Shown here in pieces: positions 28,675-38,794 of a stretch of 64,000 bases of DNA (positions are counted from its first letter, which is position 1; the number at the start of each line of letters is the position of its first letter). Below the pieces are notes generated by a model that did not search any database, was not told the origin of the DNA, and saw nothing but the letters and a program-made list of their open reading frames with translations. The translations under genes were made by a program, and so were the position numbers. The stretch is from an uncultured Candidatus Saccharibacteria bacterium (GTDB lineage: Bacteria; Patescibacteriota; Dojkabacteria; SC72). The stretch is from the NCBI GenBank assembly GCA_964610125.1, contig CAZSUV010000002.1, positions 120,940 through 184,939 on the forward strand, in the 5' to 3' direction.

Positions 28675-31356
28675 ATGAAATATAGTGTAGGCATGTCCAA
28701 TTCACGAACTCAAACAACAAGGCGTCCTGTGCGTAGCACCGGAGGCTTTTCTACGTACAATGTATTCAAGAAATTTAATAACAAAAATGTTGGAAAGACT
28801 ACCAGAAGTAAGGACAAGAAACCAATGAAGCCAAAGATGAAAAAGATATTGTATATACTTGTTGGAATTGTTTTTTTCATAGGTTGTATTGTTCTTCTTG
28901 CCGTTGGTATATATCTTAAAAATATACAGAAATCTCTTCCTTCTCCAGACGAACTAGTTCAAAGACAATCTGATGAAAGTACACAAATCTTAGATAGAAA
29001 CGGAACCGTTCTATACACCATCTATGGAAATCAAAATCGAGAATTTGTAGCTATAGATAAGATTCCAGAAAAGACAAAGTGGGCGGTACTTGCCGCAGAA
29101 GATTATGAATTCTACCAACATAAAGGTATAGATTACAAAGGAATTGCTTCTGCGCTTTTAAGAAATCTAAAAGCAGGTGGAATTACTGGGGGTGCAAGTA
29201 CGATTACTCAGCAATTAGTAAGAAACACAATTTTGTATGATGTACTTGGGGATGCTGCATATCAACAAAAATATACTCGTAAGATAAAAGAGATTCTGAT
29301 TACAATGCAGGTTGAACAAACCTTCACAAAAGATCAAATCTTACAGATGTACCTTAATGAAGTTCCTCTCGGAGGGGTTAACTATGGTCTTCAAGCAGCT
29401 GCAAACGCATATTTTGGTAAGGATGTAAGTGAGTTAACACTTGCTGAAAGTGCCACTATCGCAGGTCTAATACAGAGTCCAGGTGTTTACTCTCCATTGT
29501 ATGGAACCAACCCTGATATGGCTAAAACACGTCAAAATTATGTTTTGGATCAGATGCTAAAACACAAAGATTTAACTGGAGTCACAGAAGAAGAAGTTGA
29601 AGCTGCTAGGAACGAAGAATTAGTCTACAGCACTAAGAAGATTGATATTAAAGCGCCTCACTTTGTCTTCTATGTTAAACAATTACTTGTTGAGAAGTAT
29701 GGTATTGATCGTGTAGAAAAAGGAGGATTAAAGGTAACAACAACTTTGGATTATCCAGTCCAGGAAATTGCAGAAGAAGAAGTCTCAAAGGGTGTAGATA
29801 ATGCAAAGAAGAACAATATTAATAACGGTGCTATGGTAGTGATGGATCCCAATAATGGTCAAGTTTTAGCCATGGTGGGATCGGTTGATTATTGGAATAT
29901 TGAGGATCCTCGAGTTGATGGAAATGTAAATATTGCATTGAGTCAAAGACAGATGGGTTCTTCTATAAAACCATTTGTATATCTTACTGCAATTCAAAAA
30001 GGATTTGGTCCTGGAACAGTTGCACCAGACTTAGAACAGATTACATTTGGTACATATGATCCAAAGAACTGGGATAGTAAGAATATGGGATTAATGACCG
30101 CAAGAAAAGCTCTTGTCTATTCAAGAAATGTCCCTGCCGTGTATATGCTACAGACTGTTGGAATTGACAGCTTTTTACAAACAGCAGAGAAAGTAGGAAT
30201 TGCAAGTTTAGCTAATAAAGCGGGATATGGATTAAGCTTAGCACTTGGATCTGGAGAAGAGACTCTACTCGAGCATGCTACTGCATATACTGTATTGGCC
30301 AATGGGGGCTTGAAGTATGATGTATCCCCTATTCTTAAAGTAGAAGATTCGAATGGCGAAGTCTTAGAGGAATATAAAGCTCAGGAAGGCAAACGAATTT
30401 TTGAAGAAAAGGAGATATATGCAGTTAACTGGATGCTATGTGATCTTGGTGGGTTTGGAGATAGACCAGATAACGGATATTATACTGTAAATGGGAAGAA
30501 GATTTGTGGAAAGACTGGTACTACAGATGGTCCTAAAGATTTAACTACAATTATCTACCACAAAAAGTTAGTAGTTGCAGTATGGAATGGAAATAATAAT
30601 GGAGAAGTTGCTCCAGGAGCTTGGGGTTCAACTATTCCTCTTCGTATTGCGAACTCATTTGTTAAAAGAGTTGCAGATAGGTATGTCCCAGAAACGTACA
30701 GTAGACCTGCAGGTATACTGTCCACTACAGTTTGTACTGACACAGGAGCATCTCCTGCAGATGGGGTAAATTGTAACAAAGAAGCATCTATATTTGTCGA
30801 AGGTGGTGCACCACAAGTAGATAATCGTAAGGCTGTTGAGGTATGCAAAGCAAATAACTTGATCCCAGATAATCTATCAATAGCTCGAAAGTATGGTCTT
30901 ATAACTACGAAATATATTCTTTCAACAAAGTTAGCAAACACATTACAACAGGGTGCGTATGATAAATATTTATTAGAAATGGAAAATTCAATTTATCTAA
31001 CTTCTGAACCAGCTACTGCAAACTGTACTGTTCCTTTGGGTGTAGATAATGCTCCTGTTGTTGATATTACGAAACCTACGACAAATCAAACAGTAAACAT
31101 TGGGGGTAATTTAGAGATATCTGGATCTGTAGCATTTGCTGGGAGCATTACCAGCTTTGAAGTTAAATTTGATGCTACTGCAATTGCAGGAGCAACTATG
31201 CAATCTAATGGATCATATGTAGTAAATTATCCAATTCCTGTTGGAACGACTTTGGGAGTTCATACTGTTACTGTTAATGTAACTGATAGTGCAGGAAAGA
31301 CTGCAAGTGCAAGCGTAAGTATAAATGTTGAGGCTGCTACACTACCGCCAATATAA
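28675..31356 (+). CDS. Class A penicillin-binding protein (PBP1A family) with C-terminal Ig-like domain
   Basis: ED..FYQHKG, GASTITQQL; SSIK, SRN, KTGT. Confidence 0.93.
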   Translation: MKYSVGMSNSRTQTTRRPVRSTGGFSTYNVFKKFNNKNVGKTTRSKDKKPMKPKMKKILYILVGIVFFIGCIVLLAVGIYLKNIQKSLPSPDELVQRQSDESTQILDRNGTVLYTIYGNQNREFVAIDKIPEKTKWAVLAAEDYEFYQHKGIDYKGIASALLRNLKAGGITGGASTITQQLVRNTILYDVLGDAAYQQKYTRKIKEILITMQVEQTFTKDQILQMYLNEVPLGGVNYGLQAAANAYFGKDVSELTLAESATIAGLIQSPGVYSPLYGTNPDMAKTRQNYVLDQMLKHKDLTGVTEEEVEAARNEELVYSTKKIDIKAPHFVFYVKQLLVEKYGIDRVEKGGLKVTTTLDYPVQEIAEEEVSKGVDNAKKNNINNGAMVVMDPNNGQVLAMVGSVDYWNIEDPRVDGNVNIALSQRQMGSSIKPFVYLTAIQKGFGPGTVAPDLEQITFGTYDPKNWDSKNMGLMTARKALVYSRNVPAVYMLQTVGIDSFLQTAEKVGIASLANKAGYGLSLALGSGEETLLEHATAYTVLANGGLKYDVSPILKVEDSNGEVLEEYKAQEGKRIFEEKEIYAVNWMLCDLGGFGDRPDNGYYTVNGKKICGKTGTTDGPKDLTTIIYHKKLVVAVWNGNNNGEVAPGAWGSTIPLRIANSFVKRVADRYVPETYSRPAGILSTTVCTDTGASPADGVNCNKEASIFVEGGAPQVDNRKAVEVCKANNLIPDNLSIARKYGLITTKYILSTKLANTLQQGAYDKYLLEMENSIYLTSEPATANCTVPLGVDNAPVVDITKPTTNQTVNIGGNLEISGSVAFAGSITSFEVKFDATAIAGATMQSNGSYVVNYPIPVGTTLGVHTVTVNVTDSAGKTASASVSINVEAATLPPI

Positions 31357-31365
31357 AACTTGTGG

Positions 31366-33852
31366 TTAGATAATCTTGACTGAGTATTCCTTTTCTAACT
31401 TTTTGATTATTTTCTCTGTTGTTACTTTTATATCTTTATCATTAAGAGTCTTATTGAAATTCTTAATAGCTATTCCAAAGGTTATTCTTTTTGTTATTGC
31501 TTTCTCATCAGCTTTGTAAATATCAACACAAGAAACGGTTCCCTTAATATCATCATTATTAATCTCTTTGAATATAACAGCATAAAGATCTTGATACCTT
31601 ATTTCGTCATTAGCTTCAACGCACAAGTCTACTCTACTCTCAGGGTATTTAGGCATTTCAATATATGCGCTATTTTTAATCTCTATTGTATTTAATACAT
31701 TTAGATTAATATCAAATGCCGCGGTATATTTGGGTAATTTGAAATTCATCTTAACCTTATTATCCAATTCTCCAACTATACCGAGGACCATTTCTCTAGT
31801 AGTTATTACAGCAGAAGTATTTCTATCAAACATATATATACTATTTTTAAAATCTTCAGATAGCTTTTCCTCGGAATAGTCTGAAAGCAAAGTATATTCA
31901 ATATCCTTAATATTTAATGTATTAAGAATTTTTTCAACATATCGCTTAGCAATGTAATATGCAGAATCATTTCGTTTTTCAATGGATGTAATAACTGATG
32001 ATAGATGCCAATCTTCTCTTGGCAATTTATTCTCATCGACATAACCTTGAATATGAGGAATATTCATTTCATAAAGAATGAATTTGTCATATCCCTCTTG
32101 CAGGTTCATCTGTGTTTTAAGCAAGAGTGAAGGTATGAGAGATGTTCTCATTAGTGCTAATTCTGGAGCAAGCGCATTTTTTAATTTGTATGCTTTATTT
32201 GCATCTAAGTTAGCTCTTTCCAACGTGAGAATATCAATGAAGCTATATGTATCCGTTTCATTCGCCCCACTATCTGCAAGAATTTGTCTAATTTTCTTTT
32301 TAAGTGTGAATATTGCATTGTCTTTTGCAGGAATTAAATTTCTAAGTGGTAATATAGATTCAACATTGTTGTATCCATAGATTCTTCCAATATCCTCGTG
32401 TATATCTTCTTTAATATTAACGTCTTTTCTCCAATTTGGAACTAAAACAGTTAGTAGATCATCATCTTCCTTGACAATTTTGTATTCCAAATTGGTAAGG
32501 ATTTGTGTTATTGTCACCTTCTGCAATTCTAACCCTAAGTGTGAATTTATCTTTTCAATTGAGAGGGTTATGACTCTTTCTTCTTCCACTGTTGGATATA
32601 TATCAATAATATCTGAAGCAATGGTAGCCTTCGTTAATTCTTTAACCATTCGTACAGTTTCTTTCAAAACTGGAATACATTGATTAGGATCTAAGGCATG
32701 TTTGAATTTTGTACCAGCTTCAGTATTGAGCCCAAGAAGCATTGACGTTTTTCTAATATTTGTCTTATCAAAGTTTGCACATTCAATAATTATCCTTTGT
32801 GTATTGTTGTCCACTTCTGACTCTGTTCCACCCATTATTCCAGCTATAGCCAAGGGGTTTGTACTATCTGAGATAACCATAACGCGATCATTTAGTTCGT
32901 GTACTTTCCCATCTAATCCTAAGATGCTTTCACCTTCTCTTGCCATTCGAATAGTTATGTTTGCTGAGCCATTTTTGTTTGGATCATTTGATACAACTTT
33001 GTCGTAATCGAATGCATGAAGAGGTTGTCCGGAGAGTTGAGAAATGTAATTGGTAATATCTACAATATTATTAATTGGTTTATATCCAAATTTGATCAAA
33101 GCACTCTTTAACCACATTGGCGATTCTTCAACAACAATATTGTCCATTGCAATTGCGGTATATCGTGGACATAGGACCTCAGCATCATTAATAATATTTA
33201 AACCCAAACAGTTCTGTTCCTCTCTGAGATTTTTGGTGTAATCCAAGTACCAAGCTGGAGTTGTAAATGGTTTGCCAAATATAACGGTAAGTTCTCTGGC
33301 TAAACCTAAAATACCAAAAAGATCTCCCCTATTTGTTAATGCCTTGTTTTCTACATCAATGATGAAATCATCTAATTCATAGTATTCGGCAAAAGATTTC
33401 CCAACTGGGGCATCATCTGGAAGGCGCATAACTACGGTGTGATCATTCCCAAGATTTAATTCTTTCTCCGATCCCATCATGCCATCGGATAGCATTCCTC
33501 TCATATCTCTCGATTGGATAATGAATGGTTTTTCTTCTGTATATATTGTGTATGGAACCTTTGCCCCTGGTTTCAAATATGCAACCTTGTCTCCTACTAC
33601 CAATGTTTTGTCTCCTGCTAATACCTGCACTAACTTCTCTTCTCCAACGTTCAATTGATATACCCCGAGCTTGTCTGCATTTGGATGATCTTTCTTTTCT
33701 CTAATCTCTGCTATGATGATGTCAGAATAGTCCTCTGAGAGGTCCTGATAGCTCTCTACCTCACCGATATGCTCCTTAATGCCTTTCACTATCTCTTCAT
33801 TAGTTTGTTGGATTTTGCCTAGTTGTTTTAGTAGATTTACAGATATTTTCAT
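31366..33852 (-). CDS. pheT: Phenylalanine--tRNA ligase beta subunit
   Basis: HPNADKL, NRGD, NNIVDITNY, GQPLHAFD, EDIGRIYGY. Confidence 0.96.
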   Translation of the reverse strand: MKISVNLLKQLGKIQQTNEEIVKGIKEHIGEVESYQDLSEDYSDIIIAEIREKKDHPNADKLGVYQLNVGEEKLVQVLAGDKTLVVGDKVAYLKPGAKVPYTIYTEEKPFIIQSRDMRGMLSDGMMGSEKELNLGNDHTVVMRLPDDAPVGKSFAEYYELDDFIIDVENKALTNRGDLFGILGLARELTVIFGKPFTTPAWYLDYTKNLREEQNCLGLNIINDAEVLCPRYTAIAMDNIVVEESPMWLKSALIKFGYKPINNIVDITNYISQLSGQPLHAFDYDKVVSNDPNKNGSANITIRMAREGESILGLDGKVHELNDRVMVISDSTNPLAIAGIMGGTESEVDNNTQRIIIECANFDKTNIRKTSMLLGLNTEAGTKFKHALDPNQCIPVLKETVRMVKELTKATIASDIIDIYPTVEEERVITLSIEKINSHLGLELQKVTITQILTNLEYKIVKEDDDLLTVLVPNWRKDVNIKEDIHEDIGRIYGYNNVESILPLRNLIPAKDNAIFTLKKKIRQILADSGANETDTYSFIDILTLERANLDANKAYKLKNALAPELALMRTSLIPSLLLKTQMNLQEGYDKFILYEMNIPHIQGYVDENKLPREDWHLSSVITSIEKRNDSAYYIAKRYVEKILNTLNIKDIEYTLLSDYSEEKLSEDFKNSIYMFDRNTSAVITTREMVLGIVGELDNKVKMNFKLPKYTAAFDINLNVLNTIEIKNSAYIEMPKYPESRVDLCVEANDEIRYQDLYAVIFKEINNDDIKGTVSCVDIYKADEKAITKRITFGIAIKNFNKTLNDKDIKVTTEKIIKKLEKEYSVKII

Positions 33853-33854
33853 AA

Positions 33855-34877
33855 TTAGAATTGTCTTAAGAAGTTAAGGTTGGAATCTCTTAGGTATCGT
33901 ATATCATTTATAGCCAGTTTTATCATTGTTAATCTGTCTACTCCAAAACCCCATGCGAATCCGCTGTATACTTCTGGATCTATTCCGCCTTGTGTTAATA
34001 CATTTGGATGAATCATTCCACATCCCATTAATTCTATCCATCCGGAGTGCCCACATGTGGAGCATCCAGTCTTGTTACAGAATGGACAGCTTATGACAAA
34101 CTCACAATCTGGTTCTGTGAATGGGAAGAATGATGGTTGTATTCTTACTTCTAAATCTGTTTCTAGGTATGCTTCTAGGAAGGTTTTGATAGTGGCTTTC
34201 ATATTTGCTAATGAAATCCCTTTATCTACATATATACCCTCCATCTGGTAGAAGGTATGACCATGACTAGCGTCCGTAGCTTCGTGTCTAAACACTCTTC
34301 CAGGTAATACTACTCTGATTGGAGGCTCGAACTGTTTGAGTGCCCTATTTTGCATTGTAGAGGTGTGAGCGGGTAATACAAATCCATCCTCTGTCCAGAA
34401 AGTATCATACATATCTCTAGCAGGATGCCCTACTGGGAAATTTAATGATTCAAACATATGGTAATCATCATCCATCTGTTTACTTTCCATTACATCAAAC
34501 CCCATTCTTTGGAATATTTCTACTAATTTTTCTACTTCTTTATGTAATGGATGCTTGGTTCCTTTGATATCCCATATCTCTGGTCTATCATTCTTTGGTG
34601 TATTTACATCAAATGGTGCTGTAGGGTCAATTCGGTTATTGGATGAGTAAACTAATGATTGATTTTTCTTTTGATCAAGTAATTCAGTTACGCTGTTTTT
34701 TAATTGGTTAACTGCTTGTCCATATGTGGCTTTTTGATCATTTGGAATGGAAGCAATAGCTTTCATTGCAAGTGTTAAAAGCCCGTTTGAGCTAAGATAT
34801 TTGGTCTTTAATTCTTCGTATGAGAGATCGGTATCTTTCTGTAACTGGACCTGTATTTTTTCTAGATTGTTATCCAT
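33855..34877 (-). CDS. pheS: Phenylalanine--tRNA ligase alpha subunit
   Basis: HPARDMYDTF, FPFTEP, GFAWGFGVDR. Confidence 0.97.
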   Translation of the reverse strand: MDNNLEKIQVQLQKDTDLSYEELKTKYLSSNGLLTLAMKAIASIPNDQKATYGQAVNQLKNSVTELLDQKKNQSLVYSSNNRIDPTAPFDVNTPKNDRPEIWDIKGTKHPLHKEVEKLVEIFQRMGFDVMESKQMDDDYHMFESLNFPVGHPARDMYDTFWTEDGFVLPAHTSTMQNRALKQFEPPIRVVLPGRVFRHEATDASHGHTFYQMEGIYVDKGISLANMKATIKTFLEAYLETDLEVRIQPSFFPFTEPDCEFVISCPFCNKTGCSTCGHSGWIELMGCGMIHPNVLTQGGIDPEVYSGFAWGFGVDRLTMIKLAINDIRYLRDSNLNFLRQF

Positions 34878-34900
34878 GTTTATATTGTATATTGTTTGTA

Positions 34901-34933
34901 TAAAAAGAAAAAGGACTCTTTGCAGAGTCCTTT
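34901..34933 (-). terminator. Intrinsic terminator after rplT
   Basis: AAAGGACTCT-N4-AGAGTCCTTT followed by a T-run on the minus strand. Confidence 0.8.
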
Positions 34934-34954
34934 ATATATCAAAAGTAAAGAACT

Positions 34955-35293
34955 CTAAAGAGATTTTACTATAAATGTAAAGACTGAAGGATTGTTGTAT
35001 GCAATATCTGCTAATACCATTCTATTTAATTCAATATTCTTTGTTTTCATTCCACCTATTAAATCCTTGTATTGAATACCATTATTCTTACATGCTGCAT
35101 TAATTCTGTTTATCCAAAGCTTTCTAATCTGTGCTTGTCTCTTCTGTCTTGCATTGTATGCATATTGGCCAGCGTGCATGAAAGCTTCGTGGGCAACTCT
35201 ATACAAATGATTTTTGCTCATTCTGTATCCCTTAGTTGCCTTTAGGATTTTATTATGTTTTCTTGATCTTACTGTTCCACCTTTGACTCTCAT
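34955..35293 (-). CDS. rplT: 50S ribosomal protein L20
   Basis: MRVKGG...KGY...RKLWINRINAA. Confidence 0.97.
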   Translation of the reverse strand: MRVKGGTVRSRKHNKILKATKGYRMSKNHLYRVAHEAFMHAGQYAYNARQKRQAQIRKLWINRINAACKNNGIQYKDLIGGMKTKNIELNRMVLADIAYNNPSVFTFIVKSL

Positions 35294-35304
35294 GACTTAA
35301 TATT

Positions 35305-35517
35305 CTAGAGATTAATTACTTTTCGAATCATTTTCTTTTCATTTGCACCAGTTATGATTGCATTTGATTTCTGTCTTCTCTTAGATCTAGATGACCTTTT
35401 GGTCTTCAAATGACCTTGGCAACTCTGCTTGTATCTAAGTTTAGCTGGTCTGTTCCCTCTCGGGTTAGATAGCCTGATTCTCTTCTTCGCTGTTTTGTTT
35501 GTTTTTTGTCTTGCCAT
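35305..35517 (-). CDS. rpmI: 50S ribosomal protein L35
   Basis: KTNKTAKKR, highly basic, between infC and rplT. Confidence 0.88.
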   Translation of the reverse strand: MARQKTNKTAKKRIRLSNPRGNRPAKLRYKQSCQGHLKTKRSSRSKRRQKSNAIITGANEKKMIRKVINL

Positions 35518-36070
35518 TTTGTCTATATGTAATTGAGATACGATTATTCTCCATCTTTGGTTCGGCTTCGATACTACTATAATCTGCGAAATTAGTCAAT
35601 ATTTCAGCGAAAACTGATTGCGCTATTTCCTTGGATTGTCTCCCTTTCTTGACCATTGTGAGCTTAACTGGGTGACCTTTGCTCAAAAATTCTAATGCAC
35701 GCTTAATTCTATGACTTGTGTCCCCAATATCCATGACTGGTGTGAACCTAAATTCCTTCTGTTCTTTCATCTTTGAGCTAACCATCGTAGCCTTTTTCTT
35801 TTTGTTTTGCTGATATACAAATTTGGAAAAATCCATAATCTTACATACTGGTGGTTTTGCAGTTGCACCTACTTCGACCAAGTCCAGTCCTGCTTCTTGT
35901 GCCAATATCATTGCCTTTGGTGTCTCTACGACTCCGAGATTCTCTCCTTCTGCTCCAATTAATTGAACTTCAGGTACTCTAATCCATTCGTTTTTTCTGG
36001 GGCCTAAGTCCTTTTTAACGAACTGTCCTTTGTTGTAATTACTATTATTGTTATTCTCACTATATCCCAT
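35465..36070 (-). CDS. infC: Translation initiation factor IF-3
   Basis: NEWIR..EVQLI, GLDLVEV...PPVCKIMDF. Confidence 0.96.
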   Translation of the reverse strand: MGYSENNNNSNYNKGQFVKKDLGPRKNEWIRVPEVQLIGAEGENLGVVETPKAMILAQEAGLDLVEVGATAKPPVCKIMDFSKFVYQQNKKKKATMVSSKMKEQKEFRFTPVMDIGDTSHRIKRALEFLSKGHPVKLTMVKKGRQSKEIAQSVFAEILTNFADYSSIEAEPKMENNRISITYRQNGKTKNKQNSEEENQAI

Positions 36071-36100
36071 TAAATTTTTGTATTTTTAAATTTAAATATA

Positions 36101-37867
36101 TTAATTTGTGGGATTACCCTTCGTTCGGATTTCTTCCTTAAGGGTATCTATGAATTCTTGAACCTTCATCAATCCTTGATCTTTGGTTTTTCTAGTTCGG
36201 ATTGATATTGTTTCGGTTTCCATCTCTTTATCTCCAATGATTACGATGTAAGGAATCTTCATCTTTTCTGCATCTCTAATCTTGGATTGCATACTCTTGT
36301 TTCGATCATCAAGTTTTACTCTTAGTTTTGCATTCTTAAAATCCTTGTAAACATTGTCAGAATATTCTCTGTGCTTTTCAGATATTGGAATGACATACAC
36401 TTGCTCTGGAGTAAACCAAAGTGGAAAGTCTCCACCATGATGTTCAATGAGGAATGAGAAGAATCTTTCAAAGGATCCTAGCAATGCTCTATGAATCATA
36501 TATGGTTGCTTTTCTTCCCCGTTTTCATCTATATATTTGATATTGAATCTTTCAGGTAAGTTGAAATCTAGCTGTATTGTAGATACTGAATCTTCTTTTC
36601 CAAAGACATTGTAAGCTTGTACATCAATCTTTGGACCATAGAATGCAGCTTCTCCAGCTATCTCTTCATATTCAAGGCCTCTATTCTTTAGAACTTTTCT
36701 TAAAGTTTCTTCAGCTAACATCCATTTTGCTTGATCTCCAGCATAATGATCTGGTTTCTTCTCCCAATCTGAGATTGAAAGTCTAAACTTGTATTTATCA
36801 AATCCAACATCTTTGTAGAAGGTATCTAAAAGATCCAAAATCTCGTCAATTGAGCTTTCAAGCTGCTCTTCTGTACAGAAGATATGCGCATCATTTTGAG
36901 TAAATCCTCTTACTCTTTGTAATCCATGTAACTCTCCTGATTTCTCATATCGATATACTGTTCCAAATTCTCCAAGCTTATATGGTAAGTCTCTGTAGCT
37001 CTTTGGTTCTAATTTGTAAACCATAATGCCTGCAGGGCAATTCATTGGCTTTAGATAGTATCTTTCGCCATCGATATCAATTGGTGGGTACATTGAGTCT
37101 TTGTAGAAACCAAGGTGCCCAGATATTTTAAAGAGTTCTTCTCTGTTGATATGTGGAGTTAAGATATGTTCATAGCCTGCATCTCTTTCAAGATCTAGCA
37201 TATATTCTTCGAGGATTCTTCTCATTCTGTATCCTCTTGGTAACCATACTGGTAACCCTTGCCCTATCTCAGGAATTATTGCAAACAATTTTAATTGTTT
37301 ACCTAATGTTCTATGATTTCTTCTTTCTGATTCTGCTTGTAGTTCTAAGAATGCTTTTAGCTCTTCTTTAGTTTCAAATGCAGTCCCATATATTCTGGTT
37401 AACATTTTCTTCTTTTCGTCACCTCTCCAGTATGCTCCAGCAGTTTTTAATAGCTTTACAATACCAATTTGCTTGGTACTTTCAATATGTGGACCTCTAC
37501 AGAGGTCTGCATATTCATTTTCTCCAGTTATGAAGAAACTTAAGTCTTCATCGGGAATATCTTCTAACAATTCTAATTTGTATGTTTGGCCAGTTTTGGT
37601 TAGGTAATCAATTGCTTCTTTTCGCTTCATAAAAACCTGGACGATAGGGAGATCTTGTTTAATGATGTTTTTCATTTCTTTTTCAATTGCAGGAAGATCT
37701 TCTTCAGTTATTGGTTCAGAAAATTCAAAATCATAGTAGAAGCCATTGTCTATTGCGGGGCCAATACCTAATTTAGCATCTGGGTATAGCTTTAAAACAG
37801 CTTGCGCCAATACATGGGAAGCTGAATGTCTCATTCTTTCTAATTTATCAATATTTTCCTTATTCAT
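36101..37867 (-). CDS. thrS: Threonine--tRNA ligase
   Basis: RHSASH, DLCRGPH, KPMNCP, YRYEKSG, GEAAFYGPKID, IHRALLGS. Confidence 0.97.
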   Translation of the reverse strand: MNKENIDKLERMRHSASHVLAQAVLKLYPDAKLGIGPAIDNGFYYDFEFSEPITEEDLPAIEKEMKNIIKQDLPIVQVFMKRKEAIDYLTKTGQTYKLELLEDIPDEDLSFFITGENEYADLCRGPHIESTKQIGIVKLLKTAGAYWRGDEKKKMLTRIYGTAFETKEELKAFLELQAESERRNHRTLGKQLKLFAIIPEIGQGLPVWLPRGYRMRRILEEYMLDLERDAGYEHILTPHINREELFKISGHLGFYKDSMYPPIDIDGERYYLKPMNCPAGIMVYKLEPKSYRDLPYKLGEFGTVYRYEKSGELHGLQRVRGFTQNDAHIFCTEEQLESSIDEILDLLDTFYKDVGFDKYKFRLSISDWEKKPDHYAGDQAKWMLAEETLRKVLKNRGLEYEEIAGEAAFYGPKIDVQAYNVFGKEDSVSTIQLDFNLPERFNIKYIDENGEEKQPYMIHRALLGSFERFFSFLIEHHGGDFPLWFTPEQVYVIPISEKHREYSDNVYKDFKNAKLRVKLDDRNKSMQSKIRDAEKMKIPYIVIIGDKEMETETISIRTRKTKDQGLMKVQEFIDTLKEEIRTKGNPTN

Positions 37868-37930
37868 ATCTATGTTTAGTATATCTTAATTTAAAGGGTT
37901 TTTCTTTTGGGAAAAAGTACAAGCAACATT

Positions 37931-37999
37931 TTAAAAGGTTCGTGTGGTATAAACGATTCGGCAGAGGATGTTTTTATTGATTCCGTATATTTTGTACAT
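37931..37999 (-). CDS. Candidate 22-aa leader peptide upstream of thrS
   Basis: MYKIYGINKNILCRIVYTTRTF*; ATG lies 6 nt after TAGAAT. Confidence 0.35.
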   Translation of the reverse strand: MYKIYGINKNILCRIVYTTRTF

Positions 38000-38016
38000 A
38001 TTGTTATTCTATATTT

Positions 38017-38775
38017 TTAGCTTTCTTTTTGCAATGTGTTATCTACTATGAAGAATGTTATGGAGTTTAAACCTATTTCCACTGTTTCCAAAACTTTTAT
38101 TCCAACGAGTGTGAGTTTCTCTAATGGATATCTTCTTGGATGTTTTACGATTAATGTTCCTTTGAATTCCTTTGTTTGTGGATCTTTTACTCCATTTAAC
38201 ATCTGCGCGGCCATATTTATAACTCTTTCCATTTTGAAAAGATTCTTTGTATTGTAAAGCTTGTAAGGAGGATCCATGAATACGATATCAAAGGATTGTC
38301 TTTCTTCATCGTTGATCTGTTTGAAAAGATATTCTTCTGCTTTGGCTTTGATGATATCCACCTGTGGTAAGAAACCGGTGTATGCAACATTTCTTTTTAA
38401 TACAAACTCAGCATTCTTAGATGCATCCACTACAGTTGCTTCGCTTGCTCCTCTTGAGAGTGCTTCCAGTGCAAATGATCCTGCTCCAGCATAGAGATCT
38501 AAGACTTTTTTGTTTACTACATCTTCTCTTAGAATATCAAATATTCTTACTTTCATTCTGTCAGTTAGAGGTCTTGTGGTTTTTGGAATATCTATTCGAT
38601 AGTTCTTAGCTTTTCCTCCTGTGATTCGTACAAATGTGTTAATAGTAGGTTCTTTGCCTAGTAATCGCTTTTTAAGAAACGTGTCTTCTCTCTCCTCAAA
38701 TTCTTCTGGAGTTTCGACATGCCATTTATTTTTATCTTTTCTTATTTTTTTGAATGATTCAACTTTTAAACTCAT
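38017..38775 (-). CDS. rsmD: RsmD-family rRNA methyltransferase
   Basis: RITGG, TRP, VLDLYAGAG, EALSRGA, FMDPPY. Confidence 0.88.
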   Translation of the reverse strand: MSLKVESFKKIRKDKNKWHVETPEEFEEREDTFLKKRLLGKEPTINTFVRITGGKAKNYRIDIPKTTRPLTDRMKVRIFDILREDVVNKKVLDLYAGAGSFALEALSRGASEATVVDASKNAEFVLKRNVAYTGFLPQVDIIKAKAEEYLFKQINDEERQSFDIVFMDPPYKLYNTKNLFKMERVINMAAQMLNGVKDPQTKEFKGTLIVKHPRRYPLEKLTLVGIKVLETVEIGLNSITFFIVDNTLQKES

Positions 38776-38794
38776 GGCATGTATTATACTACAA

